Source: an uncultured Thermoplasmata archaeon (GTDB taxonomy: Archaea; Thermoplasmatota; Thermoplasmata; Lutacidiplasmatales; UBA184). Taken from it: 64,000 nt of DNA. Under the pieces are notes generated by a model. The model was not told the origin of the DNA. It worked only from the letters and a program-made list of their open reading frames with translations, and searched no databases. Location of the stretch: NCBI GenBank assembly GCA_963708255.1, contig CAVPSE010000002.1, positions 1,534,799 through 1,598,798 of the forward strand, written 5' to 3'. Positions 38,026-48,599 of the stretch are shown one piece after another. The stretch's first letter is position 1; each line of letters opens with the position of its first letter. A program made the translations under genes and the position numbers.

Positions 38026-38745
38026 CTAGGCGGCGAACCACGGGAGGCGGGCGGCCGGACCCGTGGGCTTGAGCACCAGGAGGTGGAGGTTCGCGCCCGG
38101 GTCTCCCGGGGCGTAGGAGTCCCGGAGCGCGAGCTGATAGAGGATGAAGAGGGCGTCCTCGTCGGAGGAGACTCCCAAGGACCGGTGCACGTCGACGCCG
38201 AACCGCTGCCGGAGGATCTGGAGGAGATCGGTGAAGTCGACCTGCGTGCTCCCCTCCTCGGCGCGGGCGCGGTGGAACAACCCGACGACGATCCCCGTGG
38301 CCAACCGAAGAACGTCCCGCGGGGGAAGGGTCCCGGCGTGCCATCGGGCCTCCTCGGAGTCCGGACGGGGGGGCACGATCAGGATCGCGTACTCGGCCGA
38401 CGCGTCCCGGTCCCGGGCTCGGAGCGCCTGCCACGCCTCGTCCGCCGCCCGATCGGACGGGACGACCACGATGGCCCGGTGGGCACCGGACGGAGCTGCC
38501 AGGTCGCGGTGGGAGAACGCGCCGACACGGTCGAGGGCCCCGGGGGCCCCCCCGTCCTGCACGAACACCGGGAAGGTCCGGCGAGGGACGCCGGCTTCCT
38601 GGACCCAGAACTGGGGCTCCCCCGGCGCGTCCCGAACCACGGGCGGAATACGCGCGTACCCGAGCCGTTTGAGGGCCGCCTCGGCCTTCTGAAGGATCTC
38701 CCGGCCCCCAGCTCCCCGGACATCGGACGGCTCGGTAGGGTTCAT
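38026..38745 (-). CDS. Hypothetical protein, no family recognised
   Basis: Intact 239-aa ORF with coding-like composition. It lies between tRNA-Pro and ctaB. Confidence 0.5.
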   Translation of the reverse strand: MNPTEPSDVRGAGGREILQKAEAALKRLGYARIPPVVRDAPGEPQFWVQEAGVPRRTFPVFVQDGGAPGALDRVGAFSHRDLAAPSGAHRAIVVVPSDRAADEAWQALRARDRDASAEYAILIVPPRPDSEEARWHAGTLPPRDVLRLATGIVVGLFHRARAEEGSTQVDFTDLLQILRQRFGVDVHRSLGVSSDEDALFILYQLALRDSYAPGDPGANLHLLVLKPTGPAARLPWFAA

Positions 38746-38804
38746 CCAAGGTACCGAGGAGCCTGTCGGCTTAACCCCATCGGACCCCGACTCTCGGGAG
38801 GGCC

Positions 38805-39747
38805 TCAGAGGCCCGTCGCCACCCCGAGATGCACCAGCCAGGCGTTGAGCGCGACCGCGATGATGACCCCGATGAGATAGGGGCCGGAATAGATGAAGCC
38901 ACGACGGGCGACCGGGCGCGATACCTCCCGCCAGAGCGGAGCGGTGAGCCCGACGAAGACCGCGGCGAGGACCACGAGCGCGACCGTCACCGGCCAGGCG
39001 AGCACCCCGGTCGCCGCCACCAGCAGGGACGCCGGAACGAGGAGGGCCGCGGAGACCACCACCACCTTCCCGGAGAACTCCACATCATCCATCCGGGGCA
39101 GCATCGGGAGCCCGACCTTCTGGTAGTCCGACCGGAGCAGGAGGGCAAGGCTCCAGAAGTGGGGCGGTGTCCAGAGGAACACAAGGAGGGCGAACGCGAG
39201 GACCGCCGGGGTCCAGTGGCCCACCGCGGCGGCCGACCCGGCAAGGGCCGGCGCGCTGCCCGGCGAACCCGCCGATGACGATGTTCCAGCTGGACCGGCG
39301 CTTGAGCCAGATGGTGTAGACGACGACGTACGTGAGGCTCCCGAGCAGGATCGAGACCCCCGTCAGCGGGTTGAGCGCCCACGCGGCGAGCCCGATCCCC
39401 AGGGCCGAGAAGGCGAGCCCCGCGACCGCCACGCCGCCCGAGCGGACGATCCGCTCGGTCGGGAGGGGCCGGCCGCGGGTCCTCCGCATGACGGCGTCGA
39501 TGTCCCGGTCGAGGTAGTGGTTCAGCATCGCCGCGCCCGCGCTCGCGAGGGCTCCGGTCCCGAGCAGGATCGCGAACCGGGTCCACGAGATCGGGGAGGG
39601 CGCCGCGAGGAAGTACCCCGCGACCGCCACGAAGACGATGAGGCCCGTGATCCCCGGCTTGGTCAGGGTGACGTAGTCCCACCACCCCGGCCGCGCCGGG
39701 ACCGTATCGATGGGAGCGACCCCGGGCCTGGGGGTCGGGCCGGTCAT
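38805..39747 (-). CDS. ctaB: Protoheme IX farnesyltransferase (heme O synthase), frame interrupted
   Basis: UbiA-family motifs [19 protein letters not shown] (ORF 39085..39747) and [12 protein letters not shown] (ORF 38805..39224). The pieces join near 39255. Confidence 0.85.
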
Positions 39748-40345
39748 TCTTCCCTGCGCGACCCGGACCGGCTGACGCCGGGCCCCGGGCGGTCGGATCG
39801 GCGGCGGGGGCCCGCTCGGTCACGTCGCCCCGACGGGCCAGCTGCTCGGTCGCGGGGATCTCCTCGGAGGCCCGGTGGACCCATTCGACCCAGCGGCGTG
39901 GGAGGGTCCGGTAGGTCGACAGGAACGCGATCAGGAGGAGAAGGCCGAACAGCGCGGTAGCCAGGGCCAGGTGGAACAGCACGTAGACGACGAGGAGACT
40001 GCTGTCGACGACGACGCCGCCGAGGAGCGCCTGGGCGACGACGAGGCAGGCCGCGGCGGCACTGAGCCGGACCAGCTGGGGCCGGGCCCGCTCGACGATC
40101 AGGGCCGCCACGAGAAGGGCCGCGATCACTACAGAAAGGACGAAGGCGCTGAGGCGGTGCGCCCACTCGATCCCGGCGGCCCCCTGAAGGGCCGGGAAGT
40201 ACGTGCCGTGGCACGACGGCCAGCTGGGGCAGCCGAGCCCCGCGTCGTTCGCCATCACGGTCCCCCCGATCAGGATGACCACGTAGCAGGCGACCACGGC
40301 CGCGACGGCCAGTCCCTGGAAGATCCGGTGCCCGAGCATCCCCAT
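39744..40345 (-). CDS. ctaA: Heme A synthase-like protein (short 4-TM CtaA/COX15 type)
   Basis: N-terminal roughly 170 aa of ORF 38987..40345. GCPSWPSCHG cysteine motif and His-bearing TM helices (WAHR, FHLA). The 3' end is unclear: either one indel gives a TGA overlapping the ctaB ATG (ATGA at 39744-39747), or this is a CtaA-CtaB fusion. Confidence 0.6.
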
Positions 40346-40355
40346 TCTGTGCCGC

Positions 40356-42044
40356 CTAGCCGATGTTCTCCGGCGCGGCGGCGATGCCCTTGGGCCGGGG
40401 GGTAGATGACGGCTTCGCGCCCGGACCGACCATCTGGGTCGGGGCGGGGTCGCCCCACGGGTCCCCCTTGACCCGGGCGCCGGTGAAGTAGCTGTAGACC
40501 ATGTTGAACGCGAAGAACAGCTGTCCGATCCCGAGGATGACCGCGCCGACCGAGCTCAGGAAGTTGAGGAACTCGAAGTTCTGCGTCGGAAGGTAGGTGT
40601 AGACCCGCCGGGGCATCCCCTCCGCCCCCAGGATGAACATCGGGAACAGAAGGACGTTGATCCCGACGTACGTGAGCAGGAAGTGGACGTGGGCGAGGGC
40701 CTGGTTGTACCAGCGGCCGGTCCAGACCGGGTAGTAGAAGTAGATCCCGGCGAACAGCGCCATCATCGTCCCGCCGAGGATGATGTAGTGGAAGTGGGCC
40801 ACCACGAAGTACGTGGCATGGTAGAGGTAGTCCACGGGGACCGCCGCGAGCATCAGGCCGGAGAGCCCACCGATGACGAAGCCGGTGATGAACGCGACGC
40901 AGAACCACATGGGGGTGGCCATCCAGATCCGGCCGCCCCAGAGCGTCGCCACCCAGTTGAACGTCTTGACGGCCGACGGGACGGCGATCGCCATGGTGGT
41001 GAGCATGAAGACGAACTGCAGGTCCGTGGGGATCCCCGTCACGAACATGTGGTGCTCCCAGACCGCGAAGGAGAGCACGGCGAAGACGCCCAACGCGATC
41101 GCCATGGCCGAGTAGCCGTAGATGTCCTTGCGGGCCAGCTTCGGGATGATGGTGGAAACGAGGCCGAACGCCGGCAGGACGAGGATGTACACCTCCGGGT
41201 GCGCGAAGAACCAGAACAGGTTCTGGTAGAGCAGCGCCCCGCCGAGGGGCGTGCCGTTCGACGCTGCGAGGATGTGGGTCCCCCAGTTCCGGTCCGACAG
41301 GACGAAGGTGAGCGCGATCGAGAGGGACGGGACGGCGAACAACAGGAGCACCGAGTTGATCAGCGTCGCCCAGACGAACAGGGGCATGTTCCAGTACTTC
41401 ACGCCCGGGGCCCGGTGCTTGAGGATCGTCACCAGGAAATTGACCGCGCCGAGGGCGGAGGAGGCCGAAAGGATGTGGAGACCGGTGATCGACAGGTTGA
41501 TCCCGTTGGCGTTCGGGGCGAACGACTCGGTGGAGAGCGGGACGTACCCGGTCCAGCCGGCGTAGGCGTTCGAGAGGATCAGGATCACCCCCGCGGGCGG
41601 GATCATCCAGAACGCGATCGCGTTGATCCGGGGGAGGGCCATCTCCTTCGCCCCGATCATCGAAGGGACGAGGTAGTTGCCGAACCCCGCCAGCGTCGGC
41701 ATCACGAACAGGAAGATCATCAGGACCCCGTGCATCGTGAACAGGGTCGAGTAGACGTCCGGCGAGATGCCCAGCGTCGTCTGGGGGTTGCCGCCGAGCC
41801 CCTGGACGAACCCCAGGTCGGTGCGGATGAGCATCGCGTAGACGCCACCGATGAAGAAGAACGCGATGCCGAGGAAGATGTACATCAGGCCGATGCGCTT
41901 GTGGTCCGTGGTGAACAGCCACTTCTTGGCCATCCGGACGAACCAGACCGGGTGGGCCGCTACGAGGTAGAGGCCGAACCCCCCCATCACGGCGATCAGG
42001 ACGATGATCGCGAGCGGGACCTCGATGGCGGTGATATCGATCAT
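40356..42044 (-). CDS. coxA: Heme-copper oxidase subunit I
   Basis: Intact. [25 protein letters not shown] (CuB His-Tyr region), HHMF and VAHFHY heme and CuB ligands. ATG at 42042-42044 is preceded by AGGAG. Confidence 0.95.
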   Translation of the reverse strand: MIDITAIEVPLAIIVLIAVMGGFGLYLVAAHPVWFVRMAKKWLFTTDHKRIGLMYIFLGIAFFFIGGVYAMLIRTDLGFVQGLGGNPQTTLGISPDVYSTLFTMHGVLMIFLFVMPTLAGFGNYLVPSMIGAKEMALPRINAIAFWMIPPAGVILILSNAYAGWTGYVPLSTESFAPNANGINLSITGLHILSASSALGAVNFLVTILKHRAPGVKYWNMPLFVWATLINSVLLLFAVPSLSIALTFVLSDRNWGTHILAASNGTPLGGALLYQNLFWFFAHPEVYILVLPAFGLVSTIIPKLARKDIYGYSAMAIALGVFAVLSFAVWEHHMFVTGIPTDLQFVFMLTTMAIAVPSAVKTFNWVATLWGGRIWMATPMWFCVAFITGFVIGGLSGLMLAAVPVDYLYHATYFVVAHFHYIILGGTMMALFAGIYFYYPVWTGRWYNQALAHVHFLLTYVGINVLLFPMFILGAEGMPRRVYTYLPTQNFEFLNFLSSVGAVILGIGQLFFAFNMVYSYFTGARVKGDPWGDPAPTQMVGPGAKPSSTPRPKGIAAAPENIG

Positions 42045-42054
42045 GAGCTCTCCT

Positions 42055-42417
42055 TCACGCGAGGATCCCCCCCAGCACGTAGGCGATGGCACCGCCGGCC
42101 GAGACGAGGATGATCACTTCGATGACGTGCGCCCAATCGAGGTCCGTGACCGGCCCGGGCGCCGTCGGGGCGAAGCGGCGTCCTAGCGGCCAGGCCCGTT
42201 GCATCCGGTCGACCACATGGACGATCAGCGCGCCGAGGAGGAACATCAGCGCGACCGCGAACCCGAACGATGACTCGACCCCGGGCCCGACCAGCGGTCC
42301 CAGCTCGAACGAGTAGAGCGAGAGGGCCCCGACCCCGATGATCGCCAGGATCACGACCGCGATGTAGAGCGTCAGGACCTGGCCCCGGGCCCGTCGGAAC
42401 TCCGCCCACTCCGCCAT
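42055..42417 (-). CDS. Small 3-TM membrane protein within the oxidase operon
   Basis: ATG (MAEWAEF...) inside ORF 42055..42591. Three clear hydrophobic helices, no family recognised. Confidence 0.45.
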   Translation of the reverse strand: MAEWAEFRRARGQVLTLYIAVVILAIIGVGALSLYSFELGPLVGPGVESSFGFAVALMFLLGALIVHVVDRMQRAWPLGRRFAPTAPGPVTDLDWAHVIEVIILVSAGGAIAYVLGGILA

Positions 42418-42418
42418 C

Positions 42419-42682
42419 TCACTCAAACAGCTCAACCCTCCGGTCCAGGACGCCGCGGATCCGGTCGACACGATAGAGGATCCCGGCGATGAGGAGGAAC
42501 GCCAGGGCCGCGAGGAACGCGGCCGGCAGCAGGACCGCCATGTCGAGAAGGTAGCGGCCGGAGCTGTACAGGTCGGTGACGCCCCAGACAACGAACGCCG
42601 ACGCCACGGTCCCCATCAGGAGGAGCAGGGTGAGGACGCCCCAGAGGGCTCCGGTCCCGTACTTCGGAGCCTCACCCGTCAT
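42419..42682 (-). CDS. Small 2-TM membrane protein within the oxidase operon
   Basis: ORF 42419..42703. Probable start MTGEAPKY overlaps the cytochrome b stop. Confidence 0.4.
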   Translation of the reverse strand: MTGEAPKYGTGALWGVLTLLLLMGTVASAFVVWGVTDLYSSGRYLLDMAVLLPAAFLAALAFLLIAGILYRVDRIRGVLDRRVELFE

Positions 42683-44037
42683 GAGAGCGTACCTCCGGCG
42701 CACCGGTCGTCGTCGGTCGGGTCGCGGCGGATGGGAAGGAGTAGACGCCGGGCAATCGGTGGCCCTGCTGGGTGGCCAGTCGAGCCGCGTAGCTTCGGCT
42801 GTACCTGCGGTAGAACAGCCAGACCACCAGACCGTTGACCACGACCAGCGGCCCGAGACGTTCCAGGACCTCCATTGGCACGATCGAGATGCCGGGCGTA
42901 AGGCCGCCCCAGACCGTCATCAGAATGAAGAACCCGATCAGGAAGTTCATGATGAACAGGAAGAACGGACGGTCCCTCGGGTGGGTCTTGCGGGACCGGT
43001 CGAGGAACGGGACGAACAGGACGTACAGGAGGAGCAGGGTCGTGGCGCCCACCGCGATGACGGGCGTTACCCCCTGGAAGTCGACGAGCTTGAACACCCA
43101 TAGGAAGTACCAATCCGGCGTGGTCACCACGTTCGTCGCCGCGAGGTTCCCTACGTAGGTGGGGAGGTCCCAGGGCCAGAGGGCCGCGATCCCGAGTAGG
43201 AGGCCGATGTACAACAGCGCCCACTTCGTCATGTAGAGAAGAATGTGGGGCATGAACGGTACCTGGTCCTTCTCCTCCCGGTGGACGAACCGACGACGTT
43301 GGGTCGGGTCCGACGTGGCCGGTGGGGCGATCCCATGGGTCTCGAAGAGGGCAATGTGGGCGTACAGATAGCGCCCCGAGGGCGAGCGGGATCAGCAGGA
43401 CGTGGAGGGCGAACATCCTCGATAGGAGCCCCTGTCCCGTTCCGTCCCCAAGGATGAACGGCCCCGTGAGCGGGCCGACGTAAGGGAGCCGTAGGGCCAG
43501 GACGATCCCGACGTTCGTAGCGTTGTACGAGAGCTGGGTGTACGGAAGGAGGTAGCCGGTGAAGCCCATGCCGAGGGTCATCAACAGCAGAAGCGTCCCG
43601 ACCATCCAGGAGAACTCGCGGGGAGCCTTGTAGACCCCGAGAAGGTAGCCTCGATAGAAGTGGATGCACGCGAGGAAAATCATCGCGTACGCGCCGTAGA
43701 GGTGGCTCGAGAGGAGCAACTGGCCCATCGGCACGGAGTGGATGATGTAGTACGTGCTGCACCATGCGGCCGGCGAGGGGGACAGGGTCCCGGTCGTTTG
43801 TCCGCAGGCCGTGAGCGTGGCGTTGGTGCTCGGCTGATAGTACAGCAGGAGGAGCATCCCCGAGATGACCTGGTACAGGAATGCGTTCACAACGAACGCG
43901 CCGGTCCAGTAGGAGGGTTTGAACGTGAACTCCGGCTGAGGACGAAGCGCCCACTTGGGCATCCCGGTCCGGTCCTCGATGAACCCCCAGACCCGGTTCA
44001 GGGTCCGATTGAACCAGTGTGCGCTCGACATCCTCAC
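42672..44037 (-). CDS. Cytochrome b (bc-complex type, b6 plus subunit-IV regions in one gene), frame interrupted
   Basis: The N-terminal part has the heme-ligand helices (SSHLYGAYAMIFLACIHFYRG, MFALHVLLIPL). The C-terminal part carries the PDWYFLW (PEWY-like) Qo motif in ORF 42672..43253. The single break is at the C4 run 43375-43378. Confidence 0.85.
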
Positions 44038-44040
44038 CGC

Positions 44041-44830
44041 TCAGGGGAAGTTGCACAGGGGCACCGGCGAGGTGGTGCTGAGCTGCGAGCTCGACCCGAC
44101 CCCATAGTCGCCGAGGAGAGTGTCCAGATGCCCGTTGACCGGGGGTCCCTGCATATTGACGGCGAACAGCGCGTCGCTCGTCGCGTCCCACTCGAGGGTC
44201 ACCTGGGGGAGAGGAAGGACCGCGGGGCCCGTAAGCACCGCCGCCTGGTCGGTGACATCGTATGTGGAGCCGTGGCAGGTGCAGTGGATGTAGAACGCCT
44301 TCCCACCCGGCGACTGAGGGCAGGCGCCCGGGGGATAGTAGTCGATCGCCGGGGACGGGCAGCCGAGGTGCTGGCAGATGGCGCTGAACGCCACGATAGC
44401 GCCCTGCGGCCCCACGCCACCGGGGACGTTCGTCGCCCCTCCGGCGCCTCCGGGCGGCGGGGCGAGGTTGAGCAGGAAGTTCGGCTCGTTGCGGAGCGGG
44501 TAGTTGAACGTCAGGACGACGGAGGTGAGATAGTTGTACTCCGCCATCACCTTCTTCGCCGTCAGGGGGCTCCCGTCGAGGTCGATCAACGCGACCCTCG
44601 GGTAGCTGGAGAGCGCCGACCTGGGGTGGCTGGGCGTACTGCAGGGCCCCCGCGGCCAGGCCGCCGCCCCCGACGGCGAGGACGCCCGCGATCCCCAGCA
44701 GCTTGAGCACGTTGCGCTTCGTCTCGTCGATCTCCTCCCCGGGAGGCTTCGAGGGCCCGGGACTGGCGGCGACCCGGCGGACCTGACCGGCCGGGAAGTC
44801 CAGCGCCGTCCTGCCCACGCTCGCGATCAT
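44041..44830 (-). CDS. Rieske [2Fe-2S] protein, frame interrupted
   Basis: Cluster boxes CQHLGC and CTCHGS in ORF 44041..44589. The N-terminal signal/anchor (ETKRNVLKLLGIAGVLAVGGGG) from ATG 44828-44830 is in another frame, with the break near 44605. Confidence 0.85.
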
Positions 44831-44853
44831 GCACGTGTCGGGGCACAGCTCGT

Positions 44854-45420
44854 TCAATTCAGGGTCCTCCCGCTCGTCTCCACGCCGGACTCGTCGGCGA
44901 TCGTCGGGTCGGGGATCCGCGCTTCGCCCGGAAGTTCCGCGTTGTCGCTCCCGTAGTAGACCGCCCACGTGATCGCGATCCCCAGGAGGAGCACCAGGAC
45001 CTCGACGACCGTGACCGTGTCATCGATGCTGAGGGTCAACGGGACCACCCCTGGGACGGCTCCCACGGCGGGGAGGTGGTGGCCCACATGGTAGGGCCGA
45101 ACCCGCCCGGTGCCCCGGGCCCCGCGGCTTCCGCCGGCAGCATCGGAGGGCTCGTCACGGCCGACCGGGATGCCGGCGGGGCGGGAGGCCCCCGTGTCGA
45201 AATCCATCAGCGACCTTCGGATCGAGAGGCCCTGGCCCGGGGCGGGGGCCGGCAGGTCCGCGGCGGTGGCGAGGTCCGCGAGCATCTGCTGCTTGAACTT
45301 CATCAGTTTCGCGTAGTACCGGCCCAACTGGCGGACCGTGCCAGCGCTCCCGGGGCCGAGGAAGATGAACGCGCCGACGGCGAGGAGCACCATCCAGTCA
45401 ATGTCCGAGAAGAGCGCCAT
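44854..45420 (-). CDS. TatA/TatB-family protein with a long linker and an extra C-terminal TM helix
   Basis: The N-terminus MALFSDIDWMVLLAVGAFIFLGPGSAGTVRQLGRYYAKLMKFKQQ has the Tat TM helix, hinge and amphipathic helix layout. A C-terminal hydrophobic helix VEVLVLLLGIAITWAVYY is present. Confidence 0.5.
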   Translation of the reverse strand: MALFSDIDWMVLLAVGAFIFLGPGSAGTVRQLGRYYAKLMKFKQQMLADLATAADLPAPAPGQGLSIRRSLMDFDTGASRPAGIPVGRDEPSDAAGGSRGARGTGRVRPYHVGHHLPAVGAVPGVVPLTLSIDDTVTVVEVLVLLLGIAITWAVYYGSDNAELPGEARIPDPTIADESGVETSGRTLN

Positions 45421-45426
45421 CCTACC

Positions 45427-46245
45427 TCACGCCCCCACGGCCCGGCCCCGGTCGCGCTGGGTCTCCCATCGGCGGGCGAACCAGGCCCCTCCGAAGTAGA
45501 GCCCGATCATCGGTGCCGCGATGATCATCATCGTGATCCCCGAGTTGTCCGGGGTGATCAGCATCCCGAAGATCAGCGAGCCGATCACCGCCCCGCGCCA
45601 GTGCTTCTTCCACGCGTCGGCGTGGACGACCCCCAGCCGGGTCAATGTGTAGATGAAGACGGGAAGCTCGAACACCACCCCGAACGCGAACGAGTACAGG
45701 AGGGCGAACGTGATGAACGCCTGGACCCCGAGCACGGGGAGCAACCCCATCGCCGAGACATAGAGGAACAGGAGCCGGAACGTGAGCGGGGTGACATAGA
45801 GGAAGCCGAGCGCCGTTCCGACGGCGAACAGCGCCGTCGCAGGGATCCCGATCCGTCGGATGAGCTCCCTCTCGTTGTGACGGAGCGCGGGAACGAGGAA
45901 CGCCCCGACCTCGTGGACGATCCAGGGCATCCCGAAGATCAGCGTGAGGAGCACCCCGATCTCCAGCTGGGCCACGATCGCGTCCCCGATCCCCACGTTG
46001 AGGAGCGTGACCGACGGTGGAAGGAGCGCCACCACCAGCAGGTGGAACACCTGGGCCGTCACGTTGTAGAAGAGGCTCGGCCACGGGTAGGCGAACGGCA
46101 CCGAGGCTCCCGCGATGTGCAGTTCGATCGGCTGCAGGCGGAAGGTCACGAAGAACCCGAACAGCGGCCCGAGGACCACAAGGATCCGGAAGATCCGCCG
46201 CCGCGCCTCGGAGAGGATCCCGAGGATCTTCTGAAGATCGCCCAT
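45427..46245 (-). CDS. tatC: Twin-arginine translocase subunit TatC
   Basis: Intact 272 aa with 6 TM helices and a TatC-like pattern (LSEARRRIF..., FLVPAL..NER, FGVVFELPV, ITPD). Confidence 0.9.
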   Translation of the reverse strand: MGDLQKILGILSEARRRIFRILVVLGPLFGFFVTFRLQPIELHIAGASVPFAYPWPSLFYNVTAQVFHLLVVALLPPSVTLLNVGIGDAIVAQLEIGVLLTLIFGMPWIVHEVGAFLVPALRHNERELIRRIGIPATALFAVGTALGFLYVTPLTFRLLFLYVSAMGLLPVLGVQAFITFALLYSFAFGVVFELPVFIYTLTRLGVVHADAWKKHWRGAVIGSLIFGMLITPDNSGITMMIIAAPMIGLYFGGAWFARRWETQRDRGRAVGA

Positions 46246-46355
46246 CCGTCACCCCTGCGACCCCTCCTGCGCGGACGGGCCTCCCGATGGCCGACCGGAT
46301 CGTTCCGCTTACTACCGTTCCGTCTGGCCGCGGCATCGTGGTCGACGGAGGGTTC

Positions 46356-46550
46356 CTACCGGGGACCCGGCGCGGAGGCGCGGGCCGCATCGTCGGTAGC
46401 GATCTCACGCTCGACCTCGAGCTTTCCCTTCTTGAACTCGCCCATGGAGCGTCCGAGCGCATGGGCCAGCTGAGGGATCTTCGACGAGCCGTAGAAGAGT
46501 ATCGCGACTACGACGGCGATGATCAACCAGTCATCCAGGGAATCGAACAT
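46356..46550 (-). CDS. tatA: Twin-arginine translocase subunit TatA/E
   Basis: 64 aa. TM helix WLIIAVVVAILFYGSSKIPQLAHALGRSMGEFKKG, matching the FG..K.P...+..G....EFK pattern. Confidence 0.8.
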   Translation of the reverse strand: MFDSLDDWLIIAVVVAILFYGSSKIPQLAHALGRSMGEFKKGKLEVEREIATDDAARASAPGPR

Positions 46551-46650
46551 GGGGCCGCCCCGTCGACCACCGAGGGGCGTGGCATATGAGGTTCGTACGA
46601 TGAGGCTCGACCCGTACGAGTTGTTCGTACCCCGAGTATAAGACGCCCCG

Positions 46651-47694
46651 TCAGGGGGCGGCGACGAGGATCGTCTGGTTCCCGGCGGAGACGGCCCGGT
46701 CCAGCGCGACCTCGGAGAGGATCGTGAGGCAGGCCGCCCCCCGCTGGAACGCCATCGCCGCGGCGTACATCGGGGTCCGGCGGACCGGCGCCCGCATGGC
46801 CCGGGTGGTCTCGCGGGAGATCGCCTGCAGCCGCTGGCTGGAGGAGAACGCCTCGCAGGCCATGGAGAACGACGGGTGCATCAGAGTCTCCACCACGCCC
46901 TTCAGGTTCTCCCGGAACTCCGAGAGGACCGGGCGAAGCGACGCCGCGGCCGGGGCGTCGAGGGTCGACGGCTGGGTGTTCAGCTCCTCCGCCGCCTCCC
47001 CGAGGAGGAGACCGAGCTCCTCCAGGGCATGGACCACGACGCGCCATTCCAGGAGCTGACGGGGGTCCGGGCTCCCGATGCGCCGGGCGAGCGACCAGTC
47101 CCGGCTCGCCAAGAACAGCTGCCGGACCAGGAGGGCGAGGACCTTGTTGAGCTCCTCCGAGAGCCCGACGAGCCGGCGCGAGCGGCCCTTTCGGCCCAGC
47201 AGCTCCTCGGACTCGTCGACGAACGCGACGAGGATCATCTTCATCCTTTGGACGAGCTGGGGCAGGCCGTACTTCGACGGGTCGATGAAGTTCTGGAGCA
47301 CGACCCGGTTGGGCTCCTGCGCAACGATGGAGACCCCCAGCAGGCCGCGTACGGCCTGATGAAGTTCCTCGATCCGATCGGCGGCAATGGGTAGCTCGGT
47401 GCGGATCTCGATCGAGTCGTGACCGACCCGGTACGCGCCGATGACCAACCGCTGCAGGACCCCCGGGGTGTCGAACGAGCGGGCCTGGACCAGGTAGGGG
47501 GCGCCGGGCGCCACCGCGCCGGGGAGGGGGGCGGGTTTGAGGTAGAGGGTGCCGTCGTCGTTCTGGTCGAAGACGATGAGGTCGCCGGGCCGAAGGTTCA
47601 TCGCCTCGGCCCACGGTTTCGGAAGTGTGACCGCGATCGAGGAATGACCGGCCTTCAGCACCCGCCGTTCCCTGCTGGGAGCCCCCCACGCCAT
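46651..47694 (-). CDS. AbrB/SpoVT-domain plus PhoU-domain regulator (archaeal phosphate-uptake-regulator-like)
   Basis: N-terminal swapped-hairpin domain (SIAVTLPKPWAEAMNLRPGDLIVF) followed by two helical PhoU-like repeats. Confidence 0.65.
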   Translation of the reverse strand: MAWGAPSRERRVLKAGHSSIAVTLPKPWAEAMNLRPGDLIVFDQNDDGTLYLKPAPLPGAVAPGAPYLVQARSFDTPGVLQRLVIGAYRVGHDSIEIRTELPIAADRIEELHQAVRGLLGVSIVAQEPNRVVLQNFIDPSKYGLPQLVQRMKMILVAFVDESEELLGRKGRSRRLVGLSEELNKVLALLVRQLFLASRDWSLARRIGSPDPRQLLEWRVVVHALEELGLLLGEAAEELNTQPSTLDAPAAASLRPVLSEFRENLKGVVETLMHPSFSMACEAFSSSQRLQAISRETTRAMRAPVRRTPMYAAAMAFQRGAACLTILSEVALDRAVSAGNQTILVAAP

Positions 47695-47774
47695 TCTGTT
47701 GTCCCCGAACCTCTTACGAGGCCCGTAGGTTCCAGCGGCTCCCCCTTCTTAGACGTTGCGACGCCGGGCCGACG

Positions 47775-48432
47775 TCAATGGGCGGGAGGGGCGGGCGGCG
47801 CGACCGTCGGCTGCTCCGGGTAGCCGAGCCGCTCCGGGGGCATCTCGTCGTGGGACCCCCGGCGCTTCCCGACCACGAACCCCAGGACGATGGCGATCAC
47901 GACGAGGCCCGCGATCGTGCCGCCGATGATGAACACGGCCGCCCCGGGTCCTGTGCTGATCGATCCGCCGCTCCCGGGCTCGCCGGAGCCCAGGAGGCCG
48001 TACATCCCCGGGAAATGGCCGGGGATGAGGCAGTAGGTACGCGTACTCACCGAACGGCGGGGCGATGAAGTGGGTCTGGAACGTCGCCTGGCCAGACGGG
48101 ATGGAGATGTTCACCAGTGGAGGGTGCTCGTGGGTGAACGTCACGAGATCGCTCGTGGTGTTCGTGGCGCTGAAGGTGAAGCCCGAGAGGTTGGAGAGGG
48201 TGAACGTGTGCTGAACATCGTCGGTCTGCACGATCGTCAGGGTCACGTTGTCCCCCGGGGTCACCTGGTTCGTCGAGAGGGTGAACTGGAGGGCGGAGCC
48301 GACCGTGACGGTGAGGGAACTGCTGGCGGCGGGGTGGGGCGAGGCGGCGACGGCGCCGCCGAGCCCGAACAGCACCAGCGAAAGGACCGTTCCGAGGGCG
48401 ATCGCGCCCCGGTAGGGGAACCTGTAGACCAT
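47775..48432 (-). CDS. Type-1 blue copper protein (halocyanin/sulfocyanin-like) with signal peptide and C-terminal TM anchor, frame interrupted
   Basis: The His ligand region VQHTFTL is in ORF 47749..48447. The Cys-His-Met loop YCLIPGHFPGMYG and the TM anchor are in ORF 47775..48050. Break near 48038. Confidence 0.8.
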
Positions 48433-48599
48433 CCGACGTCCGTCCAACGACGCTGCGAGCGCCGACGGGGCGAGGTGGCGGGGGATTCAAACGGATTCCG
48501 TATGAACCCGGAACTTCCGGGCCGCCTCGCGGTCGGTCGTCTCGGCCGGTTTCCGTACGAACGCCGGGGATATGTATCGGCGCACCCCAGCCCCCCACC

